Source: a virus (taxonomy: Duplodnaviria > Caudoviricetes). Taken from it: 64,000 bases of DNA. The stretch lies in IMG/VR virus record IMGVR_UViG_3300012031_000005, positions 1 to 64,000 of that record; one strand, written 5' to 3'. A model generated the notes under the pieces. The model was not told where the DNA came from. It worked only from the letters and a program-made list of their open reading frames with translations, and searched no databases. Within the stretch, counting starts at the first letter, position 1. The number at the start of each line of letters is the position of its first letter. Position numbers and translations under genes: made by a program. Positions 1 through 9,833 of this stretch are shown one piece after another.

Positions 1-47
1 GTCTGCTTTCTTGCTCATAATAACCTCTTTATCTAATTTGTTTATGT

Positions 48-76
48 AGTATAGCACTTGTTTGCTACGCTGTCAA
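48..76 (-). promoter_or_regulatory. sigma70-type promoter (TTGACA-N17-TATACT, extended TG) for a gene starting at ATG ~18 and running off the window
   Basis: Minus strand reads TTGACAgcgtagcaaacaagTGcTATACT. Confidence 0.7.
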
Positions 77-996
77 CGCCAAAAGCACATTCCTCGACCG
101 TCGTTTACTTTTTCTTTTTCTACGAACTGCAATGTTTTCTTTTCAAAGTTAAGTTTAAGTGTAAACCTATGACCGATACCATAGCTGCCTTTGCAGCCGC
201 CGTCGGCCTCGATGAATACTTTACTAGTGTCAAAAGTAGTTATCTCGTCTTCGTTAACGTCATACAGTCGTTTGACGTTCATTTTAGACTTCGAGACACT
301 AAACGAGGTTTCGTTAAAGTTGTATTTGGTCGAGAGGTGTTTGGCGAAGCGGTTTCTGTAGTACACGTGGACAGTATTATCACTGTAGTCAGTCCGCTCT
401 TGCACATCACCATACGGGTTGTAGGTTTCGTCTTTGGTACAAGTGAACGAACCCATGTAGGTGTATACTTGTTCGTGTGCACCAACAAACGGAACGCCAA
501 TCTCTATAGCTGTACTGGTAGCAGTCTTGGGTGCGTTGTTAATCGTAAACGTCTCTTTAAACTTTTGGAACGACCCTGCTGTAGGAACAAAGTAATAGTT
601 GCTGCCAGCAAATCGGAACGACATAGGAGCATTAAACTTTCCGTTAGCGATTCCGTCGGCCATAACACTTTCGATTAGTCCGTCTACTCGAAAGTCGAAC
701 TCAAAGTAGCAATCTTTCTCTTTACAGTAAACAACCGCTTGAGGAACCTTTGCGCTTTGTCCTCGACTGTCGATAGAATTAATTACCTCACACGCTGTGA
801 ACAGATTGGGCATAGTTATAAACCCACAATCGTATGTATTGCCGTAATAGCTTTCGGCCCACGATACAGCCGGACCGCTATCGTGATGTTCAAGTTTGGG
901 CCACGATGTGTACTTGGGCTTGTTGTTGTGAAGATCAGCATTGCCGTTCTTGGGCATGCGATAGTAGAAAACGACGTTATTACAGTTCTTTGTCAT
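73..996 (-). CDS. hypothetical phage protein
   Basis: Long ORF; ATG at 996 preceded by AAAGGTGA. Confidence 0.75.
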   Translation of the reverse strand: MTKNCNNVVFYYRMPKNGNADLHNNKPKYTSWPKLEHHDSGPAVSWAESYYGNTYDCGFITMPNLFTACEVINSIDSRGQSAKVPQAVVYCKEKDCYFEFDFRVDGLIESVMADGIANGKFNAPMSFRFAGSNYYFVPTAGSFQKFKETFTINNAPKTATSTAIEIGVPFVGAHEQVYTYMGSFTCTKDETYNPYGDVQERTDYSDNTVHVYYRNRFAKHLSTKYNFNETSFSVSKSKMNVKRLYDVNEDEITTFDTSKVFIEADGGCKGSYGIGHRFTLKLNFEKKTLQFVEKEKVNDGRGMCFWR

Positions 997-1009
997 ACAA
1001 TCACCTTTC

Positions 1010-1041
1010 AAAAAAAATAGCGCAGGTCTTACGCTGCGCTA
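1010..1041 (-). terminator. intrinsic terminator
   Basis: TAGCGCAG/CTGCGCTA stem followed by T8 on the minus strand, just after the ATPase stop. Confidence 0.7.
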
Positions 1042-1050
1042 ATCTTGTGT

Positions 1051-2142
1051 CTATACGCCTTGAGCAGCTTTGATGTACTTACCGTAACGTTCATGGAACT
1101 CATCAAAACAAGCAACAGCGTCTGGATCAATTGGCAAGCTGTATTGTGTTAGCGCCAACTTAATACCCATAACAACCAACTCGGTATCAAAGTTGTCCAT
1201 TGAAAACCGCAGGAAGTTATTGACTTTGTTATCGAACTTTTTATCGTTCTTGTCGCATGCTTCCTTGAGCTCGTAGCACATTGCAACAGTCAAAGAGTAC
1301 ATTGCGCTGATTTCGCGTGTCTCCATTTCTTTGACCTTGCCTGCTAAGATGTCAGTTGGGTTAGGCATGCTAGCCGAAACGCGTCGATGTGCCATAAACT
1401 TTACAGCTAGACCTTCGCCAATTGACCCACTGACCAAGTCAGTAGTAGTAGCATCATCGATGTCGTCTTCAATTAGCTCGCTTACAAAAGTCCAACTACG
1501 CGGAGTAGCAAATGAACGACTTGGTGACTTAGGGTCGAAGTCGTAAAGGTCTTTCTTAGCAAACGTAACGTAGCCTACAACGTCTCTGTGGATCTTGTTG
1601 TCTACAGCCCATTGAAACCAATCGTTAAAGTCGACTTTCATTTCCAAGTGAACAAATCGGTTGGCCAACGGTGCCGGCATACGATAGGTTACACCTTTAT
1701 CGCTTTCTCGGTTACCAGCAGCAACAATCATTACGTTATCTGGTAGCTCGTAAGTACCTACCTTACGGTTAAGAATCAGCTGATAGGCAGCCGCTTGTAC
1801 TGCTGGAGCGGCACTGTTCATCTCGTCCAGGAACAGGATGATGTTTTCGTACTTTGCTCCCATTGCTTGGTCTGGCAATTCGCTAGGTGCACCCCATACC
1901 ATTTTCTTCTGCTCAGGATCGTAATACGGAATGCCTTTAATGTCAGTTGGATCCCAAAGGCTTAGACGAATGTCAATAACCTTTGCGTTGATCTGACCAG
2001 CAATCTGCTCTACAATTTCACTTTTGCCAATGCCCGGGGGGCCCCACAAAAATATAGGACGCTTTTTGCGGATAGCGTGTAGAATGCTGCGTTTTGCGCC
2101 GTTAGGACTAACTGTACGTGCTTGTGTTTCTGCTTGGGCCAC
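1051..2142 (-). CDS. MoxR-like AAA+ ATPase
   Basis: Walker A GPPGIGKS, Walker B LFLDE, AAGN, LANRF. Confidence 0.9.
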   Translation of the reverse strand: MAQAETQARTVSPNGAKRSILHAIRKKRPIFLWGPPGIGKSEIVEQIAGQINAKVIDIRLSLWDPTDIKGIPYYDPEQKKMVWGAPSELPDQAMGAKYENIILFLDEMNSAAPAVQAAAYQLILNRKVGTYELPDNVMIVAAGNRESDKGVTYRMPAPLANRFVHLEMKVDFNDWFQWAVDNKIHRDVVGYVTFAKKDLYDFDPKSPSRSFATPRSWTFVSELIEDDIDDATTTDLVSGSIGEGLAVKFMAHRRVSASMPNPTDILAGKVKEMETREISAMYSLTVAMCYELKEACDKNDKKFDNKVNNFLRFSMDNFDTELVVMGIKLALTQYSLPIDPDAVACFDEFHERYGKYIKAAQGV

Positions 2143-2208
2143 GGTGTAATACCTTTGTCGTTTATAGTTTGTTTAGTTTCGTTCGCGTTTTGTTTAACGC
2201 ACTTAAAC

Positions 2209-2236
2209 ATGATAGCATCTTTAGCAACAATGTCAA
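2209..2236 (-). promoter_or_regulatory. sigma70-type promoter
   Basis: TTGACA-N16-TATCAT with extended TG. Confidence 0.6.
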
Positions 2237-2250
2237 CTATTTTTTTAAAA

Positions 2251-2643
2251 TTATTTTTCTTTTTTTGACTGACTCATAGCCTTTATCATTCCGTACTTGC
2301 GTATGTCGCCCGAAAATAGAGTAAGCTCTACTGCCTTCCGTTCGTTCGTGACTATAACTCCTTTGCTGGTGAGATAGTACGGACACTCGATAAAGTGATC
2401 TAGGAAGATTATTATTTGAGTAGTAGTGGCCATTCCGGGTGGGTAGGGTATATTGTATGTGCGTAACCCAATCTCTGTCAACACGTCCATGCCTTGCTCA
2501 GTTAGTCTCAGTCCGCCTATCTCTTTAACTCGTGTGTTCTGCCACCACAGAGACAGATGTTGCTTAACACTTAGCTCGTTTGTACTCTGGTCCAGGGCAG
2601 CTAAAAACATTTTAGTGTATAGTTCTTTCCAGTTCATGGACAT
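2251..2643 (-). CDS. hypothetical protein
   Basis: ORF in tightly packed minus-strand operon. Confidence 0.75.
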   Translation of the reverse strand: MSMNWKELYTKMFLAALDQSTNELSVKQHLSLWWQNTRVKEIGGLRLTEQGMDVLTEIGLRTYNIPYPPGMATTTQIIIFLDHFIECPYYLTSKGVIVTNERKAVELTLFSGDIRKYGMIKAMSQSKKEK

Positions 2644-2921
2644 ACTTTCTCACCTGACTCTAGTTTGTGCACAGAAAAGTCGCAACACTTAAATAAGTCG
2701 TTTAGTTTTTTTGCAAGATTAATGGCGTGCCCTGGATTTGAAAAGCTAGTCTTTTTGTATTTTGGTCCAGGGTAGTTCGTAAGGGCGTTTGAGCTTTTTA
2801 AATTAAAGGGCCGGTCCTGATAAAACACGGCCCAAATTGCTTCTGCTTCGAGTACTTGCTCTGATCGGTATGTCTTGTTGTTTATATTTTCGAGTATGAC
2901 TGTTGGTTTAGGTCGTGACAT
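2634..2921 (-). CDS. hypothetical protein
   Basis: ORF with AAGGA RBS; TAAATA motif at 2950-2955. Confidence 0.75.
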   Translation of the reverse strand: MSRPKPTVILENINNKTYRSEQVLEAEAIWAVFYQDRPFNLKSSNALTNYPGPKYKKTSFSNPGHAINLAKKLNDLFKCCDFSVHKLESGEKVCP

Positions 2922-2979
2922 ATACGTGGTTCCTTATTAACTACGTATATATTTAGCGTATTAGTGATATCTGTGCAGT

Positions 2980-3225
2980 TTACTTCCAGCTGGTTCCGCC
3001 GTCCACTTGTACTTGTAATACAGCACTGTCGTTGCTTTTACTTTCTGTGATTAGCTTCTCAAGGTCGCCATTAAGCCTCGCCATTACTGCTCCTAGTGTA
3101 AACGCAAGATTCTTTGCTTGGATTATATCCATCTTTACTTCTTTTGCTCGGCTATTATCAGCAGATTTAACCTGCTGCATAAACTGCTGTATAGGCATAG
3201 TATTTAACGGCTCAATTGACTGCAC
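2980..3225 (-). CDS. hypothetical protein
   Basis: ORF with AGGAG RBS. Confidence 0.7.
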   Translation of the reverse strand: MQSIEPLNTMPIQQFMQQVKSADNSRAKEVKMDIIQAKNLAFTLGAVMARLNGDLEKLITESKSNDSAVLQVQVDGGTSWK

Positions 3226-3688
3226 GGATTAGCTCCTGCCTCATTTCGAACTCTGTCTTAAAGGGGCCTTTTGTTTCGTACTGTTCGACAGTACTAAGTT
3301 TAGGGCAAAAACTTCTAACCCAGCCTTTATTGAACTTTATAATATGATACCCTGCACAATACATACTTTTAGACTTTTCGCTTTTTGTAAATAAAGGCAA
3401 GTGACGCTTAACGTCATAGATACGGTTAAACGGCGCAACGCTAGTAGGATATCCGTATGCTTCGAGTGTTACATCATTAGTATTATCTACTGAACTAGAT
3501 TTGTCACTCCACGTAATGTTGAAACCAAATTTCTTTTTAATTTGTTGAGTATTGTCAAAGTAACATGTTTCTGCTTTGTTACTAAACATATAGCGATCAT
3601 CGTTTAAGCTCAGTGTACCAATTCGGTCTCCGTCTTCTTCGACAATCCAAAACTTATCTTTAATAATCATTTTAACTTTTGTTGCCAT
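3212..3688 (-). CDS. hypothetical protein
   Basis: ORF, coupled to neighbours. Confidence 0.75.
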   Translation of the reverse strand: MATKVKMIIKDKFWIVEEDGDRIGTLSLNDDRYMFSNKAETCYFDNTQQIKKKFGFNITWSDKSSSVDNTNDVTLEAYGYPTSVAPFNRIYDVKRHLPLFTKSEKSKSMYCAGYHIIKFNKGWVRSFCPKLSTVEQYETKGPFKTEFEMRQELIRAVN

Positions 3689-3990
3689 TAATCTACGTAC
3701 TCCTCGTCTGCTTCTGCTTCTTCGTCCTCTATATAGAAAATATCACCGTGTAGCCCACAGACTATTTGATTGTTCTTTCCTACTACTACATAATGCCCAG
3801 GCATATTTTTAACCTCAGACAATATAGTGCATATCTTCCACTTCTCTTTTCCGTTGAATCCTAGCGTCGCAAAGTAGTTCTTTTGATATTGCGCCTCGTA
3901 ATCATCGACATTAAGAAAAACCGATACAGCAATTCCATTAGCTGCTGCTTCTACAAGCTCTAATTGATCTTCGAACGGCAATAGTTTCAT
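3688..3990 (-). CDS. hypothetical protein
   Basis: Start MKLLPF overlaps the rnh stop (ATGA). Confidence 0.65.
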   Translation of the reverse strand: MKLLPFEDQLELVEAAANGIAVSVFLNVDDYEAQYQKNYFATLGFNGKEKWKICTILSEVKNMPGHYVVVGKNNQIVCGLHGDIFYIEDEEAEADEEYVD

Positions 3991-4973
3991 TTTGTATACC
4001 TTGCATTTAGTGCATTTGCATAGGACTGTGCTTGATCTGCAATTCGCTGCATATCCCACTTGGCACAGAACTTCATTAGTCGCATGCCCACTTGTGTAAC
4101 TTGTTTAGTTTCAATATTATCAATGGTCTCGTTAATCATAGCACGTATGTCTTGTGGCTGTGCAGTTAGGTCGCACAGTATTACATTACGATGATAGTCA
4201 TCAAGTACCCTGTGCTCGTTACCGTCATGATCAGACCAACGTTGCAACATCATGTTATTCCAACTGAATCCTTTTGCATGCTTATCGTTAAATGCTTCCA
4301 ACAAGCCCACTCGATTCTTGGTGCTTTTTTTAGGCACGCCTGGATACGCTGAAAATACATTGTCGCTAGTATCACCCCTCATGCACTTTTCAAACAATTG
4401 CCACTCTGGGTGCGGAGCGGGTTTAGGTTCTTTGGTTGCCTTTTCAATTATTTCCTTACCCTTATCGTCAAAGTAACCTTTGTGTGTAATGGTTATATTA
4501 GCTACACCATTATATTGCGTCACGTTAGGAGCAATTAGCTGAGCAAAGTCACCGTCTGTGCTGATAATAACGTGCGAGTCGTCTGGGTGCAGTTGAATAA
4601 AGCCACCTATGAGGTCATCTGCTTCGAGATTAGGATGACGAATAACAGTGCAGTTAGTTTTTTCTTTAACAAAGTTAGTAAACTCTTCATAGATTTCCCA
4701 AAATGCAGTATCTTCGTCTTCCTCTTGTGCGGTCATTGCTGATCGAACTGCTGCTCTATTACGCTTGTAAGGAGCATAAAAGTCCTTGCGCCAACTGCGT
4801 CCTTCGAGACAGAAGATGACGTGGTCTGCGTTAAAGTCAGTCCAGGCTTTCTTTATACAGTTTAGGGTAATGTGCAGAGCCATACCAACTTTAGTGTCGA
4901 TGTCACCGCGTACGACGTGACGTGCTCGAAAAAACAAATTTGACGTGTCAATTAGTATGTAAGTTTTATTCAT
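3987..4973 (-). CDS. rnh: T4-type RNase H / 5'-3' exonuclease
   Basis: ILIDxSN, EADD, STDGDF, GDTSDNV motifs of the FEN/RNase H family. Confidence 0.9.
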   Translation of the reverse strand: MNKTYILIDTSNLFFRARHVVRGDIDTKVGMALHITLNCIKKAWTDFNADHVIFCLEGRSWRKDFYAPYKRNRAAVRSAMTAQEEDEDTAFWEIYEEFTNFVKEKTNCTVIRHPNLEADDLIGGFIQLHPDDSHVIISTDGDFAQLIAPNVTQYNGVANITITHKGYFDDKGKEIIEKATKEPKPAPHPEWQLFEKCMRGDTSDNVFSAYPGVPKKSTKNRVGLLEAFNDKHAKGFSWNNMMLQRWSDHDGNEHRVLDDYHRNVILCDLTAQPQDIRAMINETIDNIETKQVTQVGMRLMKFCAKWDMQRIADQAQSYANALNARYTK

Positions 4974-5007
4974 GAAAAAGATCCAGTTAATGTTTCATTT
5001 AAAGTAT

Positions 5008-5036
5008 ATTGTAGCATATAGGTTACTGGATGTCAA
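5008..5036 (-). promoter_or_regulatory. sigma70-type promoter for rnh
   Basis: TTGACA-N17-TACAAT with extended TG. Confidence 0.7.
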
Positions 5037-5341
5037 CTCCATTTCATAATTAGCAGAGTACGGTGTTTTTCTTGTTCAAACCATATGTGCTCTTCGAATT
5101 CTCCTGTAATCTTGTATAAGTCTGGCTCAAACGTTTTCTCAACCCATTCAAATAAATCGCGGCGCCGCGAAATAGATAGCAGTCTAGAATCTACACCAAA
5201 AGTAAATTTATTATCCTCTCCCTCTAACAGAGGCATTCTATTATCAGGCAGGCCTGGAAGAGGATCAAGCAATGTCCATGTACCTATTGAGTACCCGCGT
5301 GGGTTCAATTTCGTACTTGGCTTTAGTGAATTTACTTCCAT
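5033..5341 (-). CDS. hypothetical protein
   Basis: ORF with RBS. Confidence 0.65.
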   Translation of the reverse strand: MEVNSLKPSTKLNPRGYSIGTWTLLDPLPGLPDNRMPLLEGEDNKFTFGVDSRLLSISRRRDLFEWVEKTFEPDLYKITGEFEEHIWFEQEKHRTLLIMKWS

Positions 5342-5343
5342 GA

Positions 5344-5592
5344 TCAGTCCTTCTTGGTGTTGTCAAGCTCGTCGTTCTTAAGCCAAGGAAAGTCGTTTAC
5401 AAAAAGTTCAGGGCGAGTTAATACAAACCACCACAGCCTGATATGGTTAATTCTATTACTCTTATCCATTGGCAGACTTTTAGAGCGAGCAAATTGTACT
5501 AATGTTAGCAGACCAATTGCAGTAGCAAAGATGCCAGCGATTACTATAAGTGCTAGCAAGACCTTTAATAAGAATAGTAAAATGAATGTCAT
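5344..5592 (-). CDS. small membrane protein
   Basis: Long hydrophobic N-terminal segment; GGAGG RBS. Confidence 0.7.
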   Translation of the reverse strand: MTFILLFLLKVLLALIVIAGIFATAIGLLTLVQFARSKSLPMDKSNRINHIRLWWFVLTRPELFVNDFPWLKNDELDNTKKD

Positions 5593-6089
5593 GACACCTC
5601 CGACTTGTTATTACTAATTGGCTCCACGTTGATATAACCGTATCCTCTGTCGGTGGCCAACCCGTCTTCTTGTAGCATGTTAAAGATAATATCACGGAAC
5701 CATCGATCTACTATTTCTTCTTCTGGATCAGCTTCGAGCCCGTATCCTTCTGCTCTTAATCGTATAATAAAAAACTCATTCCAATCAAGTTCAAAAAACC
5801 CGTTTCTGATATTGTCTTTATTTACGTGGGTGTCAAGTATTTGAACCCACTCTTCGCCTTTTTGGGTTGCTTGGGCTTTTGGGTCTAGCGCATTAAATAC
5901 AGCTTCTTTATCAAGTCTTTCTTTTTCGGCTGCTGCTTCCTTGGCTGCCTCTTCACGAGCTTGTTTTCTCTCAAACTCTTCGGCTGCCGCTCGGGTAACA
6001 TCTTCCATTACCTTTTCAAGCCGAGCCTCGACAATCGCTCTTTCTCTTTCAATTTTTTCAAGTCCTGTAATCTTTTTCCAAAAACTCAT
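5589..6089 (-). CDS. hypothetical protein (coiled-coil N-terminus)
   Basis: ORF with AGGAG RBS. Confidence 0.75.
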   Translation of the reverse strand: MSFWKKITGLEKIERERAIVEARLEKVMEDVTRAAAEEFERKQAREEAAKEAAAEKERLDKEAVFNALDPKAQATQKGEEWVQILDTHVNKDNIRNGFFELDWNEFFIIRLRAEGYGLEADPEEEIVDRWFRDIIFNMLQEDGLATDRGYGYINVEPISNNKSEVS

Positions 6090-6108
6090 CTGTTTCTCCT
6101 ATGTAGTA

Positions 6109-6981
6109 CTACGTGCCCCACTTATTACCATACAATTGAATTTGTAGCCTCGGTGAGAACCTCCATCCCTGCTTTATAGCAATATCAGCTACTCGCTGTT
6201 CGTTCATTTCGTATTCTTCACTGCGGCCGCCCAACGGCATCAAATATACAGGACACGCTACTCCTGTTGATTGATACTCACCAACTGCTGTGTGTACTTC
6301 TTCAACATCAACTTCGTCTGCTACAACAAACTTGAGGTATATGTCGCTGTTAGGAAGTTCTTGAGTATAGCTTGCAACTATTTCAGGCTTTATCGCAGCT
6401 TTCCACGCCTCACCGGATACTGTTAGTTTAGGTGAGCAACTCCACATCAACTTCACCTCGGGCCTGCTCAACAATGCGGCAACTAATTCCGGTGACAATG
6501 GCTGGGTGCCATTGGTTTCAATAGTTATGTTTTTAAGATCATGCATTCCGGGGTGTTCTAGCAGTTTAGGCCAAAACTTCTGCCATAGCATTGGTTCACC
6601 TCCGGTAAGTATTAAGTGGATGTCTTGACCGTTGTCCATGGTCCATTTGCCTTGTGGGGTAACACTAAGTAAGTGTTTGACCACACTATCAACTTCTCCA
6701 TCTTTCATGTATTTCTTAAATTCAGGGTAGATACTAGCGTATGTATCACAGCCTGTATGAATTATAGGCAAGTCCTCAAACTTGTCGATGTCATTAAGTC
6801 TGTCACTTGTGATAAGTTCCTTAACTTCAGGATTGTGTTTAGCTTTAGGAGTCCCCCGTTCCAGGCCGAAATTTTCACAGCGAAAATTACAACCAAAGGT
6901 TCTCAAAAATACGCTAGGAACGCCTACAAATAAACCTTCACCTTGCAAACTGGAGAAAACTTCTGAGTACCTCAATTTCAT
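6109..6981 (-). CDS. queE: 7-carboxy-7-deazaguanine synthase (radical SAM)
   Basis: SEVFSSLQGEG, FLRTFGCNFRC...CDT, LTGGEP, ETNGT, SPK, SPRLQ. Confidence 0.92.
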   Translation of the reverse strand: MKLRYSEVFSSLQGEGLFVGVPSVFLRTFGCNFRCENFGLERGTPKAKHNPEVKELITSDRLNDIDKFEDLPIIHTGCDTYASIYPEFKKYMKDGEVDSVVKHLLSVTPQGKWTMDNGQDIHLILTGGEPMLWQKFWPKLLEHPGMHDLKNITIETNGTQPLSPELVAALLSRPEVKLMWSCSPKLTVSGEAWKAAIKPEIVASYTQELPNSDIYLKFVVADEVDVEEVHTAVGEYQSTGVACPVYLMPLGGRSEEYEMNEQRVADIAIKQGWRFSPRLQIQLYGNKWGT

Positions 6982-6982
6982 A

Positions 6983-7684
6983 TTAGTAAACTCCCTTACC
7001 ACCCGACGACTGTTGTAGTTTAATGTTATCAAAAAATTCTTTCTTTGTACTTGGGTCAGATTTAAATGCTCCTCTCAGCACAGTAGTTTGGGTTAACGAG
7101 CTAGTAGCCATAATTCCCCTATTAGTACAGCATCCGTGTTCGGCGCCTACGTGCACAGCCACATCCAATGATTCAGTTGCTTTTTGTATTTCCTCAGCAA
7201 TGTTGTTAGCCAATTGCTCCTGTAGAGTGCCGCGCCTTGAACACCATTGAGCAATGCGAGTGTACTTACTGAGACCGATTACTTTCTTACCTGGGATAAT
7301 TCCAATGTAGGCAACACCAGTTACGGGCTGGTGATGATGCGAACACATACTACGCAGCTCTGAACGCACTACTAACATGCCAGTATAAGCTTCGATGCCT
7401 TCGTTTGGGAATGCAGTTGCCTTTGGGGCAGGGTTATAGCGGCCGCTCATTACTTCGTTGATGTACATTTTAGCAAGACGTCGACCAGTGTCCATTGAAT
7501 TTGGATCAGTGTATCGGTCAATTACTAAACTGTCAAGAACGCTTGTAAACTGATCTGCTAGTTCTAGAATTAGTTCTTCCTTCTCACCATCGAGAATGTA
7601 TTCTGAAATGTTATCACCTGCCCAGTACCGGGCACCAGCGTTATTCAACCGTTGCTTAATTACTTCCGAAATTGTTTGTGTCAT
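6983..7684 (-). CDS. folE: GTP cyclohydrolase I
   Basis: SMCSHHHQP, GLSK, LQEQL, HGCCTNRG. Confidence 0.95.
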   Translation of the reverse strand: MTQTISEVIKQRLNNAGARYWAGDNISEYILDGEKEELILELADQFTSVLDSLVIDRYTDPNSMDTGRRLAKMYINEVMSGRYNPAPKATAFPNEGIEAYTGMLVVRSELRSMCSHHHQPVTGVAYIGIIPGKKVIGLSKYTRIAQWCSRRGTLQEQLANNIAEEIQKATESLDVAVHVGAEHGCCTNRGIMATSSLTQTTVLRGAFKSDPSTKKEFFDNIKLQQSSGGKGVY

Positions 7685-7735
7685 TATTTCTCCGAGTTAT
7701 GAAAGGACGAGGATGTCCTTATTCTGACTTAATAC

Positions 7736-7764
7736 ATTGTACCACGTATTTAGATTTTTGTCAA
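7736..7764 (-). promoter_or_regulatory. sigma70 promoter with an embedded late TAAATA motif, for folE-queE
   Basis: TTGACA-N17-TACAAT; TAAATA at 7747-7752. Confidence 0.7.
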
Positions 7765-7816
7765 TGTCTGTGATTATTTGTGGCCAAGCGTAAAAGTCAT
7801 TCTCCCCAAGGAGCAA

Positions 7817-7840
7817 AACGAGTCGACTCCCAAGGAAAAG
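7817..7840. repeat. imperfect direct repeat of 8624-8648 flanking the homing endonuclease
   Basis: AACGAGTCgaCTCCCAAGGAAAAG vs AACGAGTCtctCTCCCAAGGAAAAG. Confidence 0.75.
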
Positions 7841-7985
7841 TGATAGAAGCTTGTATTCATAATTGATAGCTCTCAGTTAGTACATTATATTTGAATTTTA
7901 ATAGGTCGTCAACGAAAGGATAAATAAAGTGTAATCCACGGTACAGCAATACCTGACTACTCTATTATTAAAGGACAACAACAGC

Positions 7986-8618
7986 ATGATTATTTATTCT
8001 ATATACCTTATTACGAACAACATTAACGGCAAGCAATACGTAGGCTTTACATCACACCATCCAAAAAATAGATTCCAAAGGCATTGTCAATCTGCAAACA
8101 ATGGCAGCAAAACAGTATTCCATAAAGCTATGCGTAAGTATTCCTCAAAGAAATTTTCTGTTCAATGTCTATACCAAACTCTTGATAAAGATCATGCGTT
8201 GACGGAAATGGAGGAGCATTTTATTAAAGAATATAATACTCACTTCATTCACGGAACTGGCTACAACATGAACTATGGCGGCGTAGGTGGCGACAATTCA
8301 TCTAGCCCAAATTTTAAGGAATACATCGCAAATAGGAATTATTATGGAGAGAATAATCCTTGCTACGGCCTAAAGCATGCCTATAAGCCTCGCTGGTCTA
8401 GAAGAGGCAAGTTACCGTTAAATTTCGAATCTTGGTCTACTGCTGCAAAGGGTAAAAGCTATTATCACAATACTATGTTACAAACAGAAAAAAGATTCCT
8501 CCCTTCTGAGATTCCTCAGGGATGGGAGAAAGGGCGTCTTAAGATTGCATGTTCTTGCGGTAAGGATGTAGACATCTCTAATCTGAAGAAGTACCACGCC
8601 TCTTGTCAGAAACTCTAG
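7986..8618 (+). mobile_element. free-standing GIY-YIG (Seg-like) homing endonuclease gene
   Basis: IYLITNNINGKQYVG, RFQRH, E..FI, GYNM..GG, GENNP NUMOD-like repeat; opposite strand to the operon; TAAATA at 7921-7926. Confidence 0.88.
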
Positions 8619-9180
8619 CTAATAACGAGTCTCTCTCCCAAGGAAAAGATAGCCATTGGTCTTTTTCTTTTTTATCTATTGCGGCCCAGAAGTATTGTAC
8701 GTCACGAAAGTCGCCACTAGTATTTTCTGTCATAGCAGCAAACCGCACGTTTTTGGTCCAAACAGAATCCCAAGCGTATTGTTCGGACGGCAAGCATCCG
8801 CTCTGCCAGTCCTCCTTAATCCAGCTGAAGGTAGCACCTGTGTCATTAATATCGTCTACAATAAGGATATTCTTACGCTTGCTAATATCCCAACGGCAGC
8901 TAGGCGCTGGTTGATCCAGTTCGTTTGACACATAGCCGAACGCATCTTCAGCCATCCATAAATTGCTCTCAGGTCCCATATCAGTAGTGTCGCGCAGTCT
9001 AACATCTAGTGTGTGCATAGGAACATCAATTAAGTGACTGAGCATAGTTGCAATGGGTAACCCGCCTCTAGTAATTCCAGCAATGTAATCAGGGCGCCAT
9101 TTGTCTTTGTACATTTGTAGTGCAATGGCAGTAACCGCAGTTTCAACATCTTGCCACGTGTAATACTTTTTAGTTGTCAT
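8578..9180 (-). CDS. purine phosphoribosyltransferase (Gpt/Hpt-like)
   Basis: GITRGG, ILIVDDINDTGAT PRPP loop, W..FPWE. Confidence 0.9.
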   Translation of the reverse strand: MTTKKYYTWQDVETAVTAIALQMYKDKWRPDYIAGITRGGLPIATMLSHLIDVPMHTLDVRLRDTTDMGPESNLWMAEDAFGYVSNELDQPAPSCRWDISKRKNILIVDDINDTGATFSWIKEDWQSGCLPSEQYAWDSVWTKNVRFAAMTENTSGDFRDVQYFWAAIDKKEKDQWLSFPWERDSLLARVSDKRRGTSSD

Positions 9181-9514
9181 TTTCTACTAGTGCTCTAATT
9201 GTGTTGTAGTTTTCCTTTGCTTTTTTCAGCGCAGGGTATTTGTTCATTAGTTTCTTTTCTGTTTCCTCCTCCAGCATCTTATCTTTTGCCCAACGCAGAG
9301 CGTTAATATCGTCATCTCGTAAGCTTACGTCTGCTACATTACTAAACAGTGTAGTCCAGCATCCGCTTGCAAATACCTGGAACATGTGGTTGCTATATCT
9401 TACATCTCCGGGCACTGCTCGAGGGTCATCTGGACCGCAGTTAACATAAGGACCGCTATTACTAGCACCAGCGACTATTAACGACCCGTTGGACGAATGT
9501 ATATCATCTAGCAT
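9170..9514 (-). CDS. hypothetical protein
   Basis: ORF; C-terminal KYPALKKAKENY motif shared with the next gene. Confidence 0.7.
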   Translation of the reverse strand: MLDDIHSSNGSLIVAGASNSGPYVNCGPDDPRAVPGDVRYSNHMFQVFASGCWTTLFSNVADVSLRDDDINALRWAKDKMLEEETEKKLMNKYPALKKAKENYNTIRALVENDN

Positions 9515-9833
9515 CTTGCTTTCCTTTCCAGTCCTGCTCTACTAGCACATACGCAGTTCTAAAATTCTCGTATGCTCGCTCAAGTCCCGGATACTGGTCA
9601 CACATCAGTTGTACTTGATCAAACGCCGGAAACGCTGTTTTGAACGGTATTTGGTTGTACCTGCTCGGGAAAAAGAAATCATCATTGGTATTAAAAAGAC
9701 TGCCGTTTACTGAGACTGCACTGATGCTATTTACACTCCAGTTAGCAGGGTTAATCCAATTGATGTTGCTTGCAATAGTGCCAGTCTCGTCATTCGTAAC
9801 CAACGAAGTTTCACCTTGCTTTAATAATGTCAT
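9504..9833 (-). CDS. hypothetical protein
   Basis: ORF; QYPGLERAYENF motif. Confidence 0.7.
   Translation of the reverse strand: MTLLKQGETSLVTNDETGTIASNINWINPANWSVNSISAVSVNGSLFNTNDDFFFPSRYNQIPFKTAFPAFDQVQLMCDQYPGLERAYENFRTAYVLVEQDWKGKQDAR

Noticed and set aside
58-678. Plus-strand ORF, and the many other plus-strand ORFs overlapping minus-strand genes
   Set aside because: Antisense shadows of well-supported genes; no motifs or RBS
7703-7720. preQ1 riboswitch
   Set aside because: Lacks the class I loop consensus and the A-rich tail
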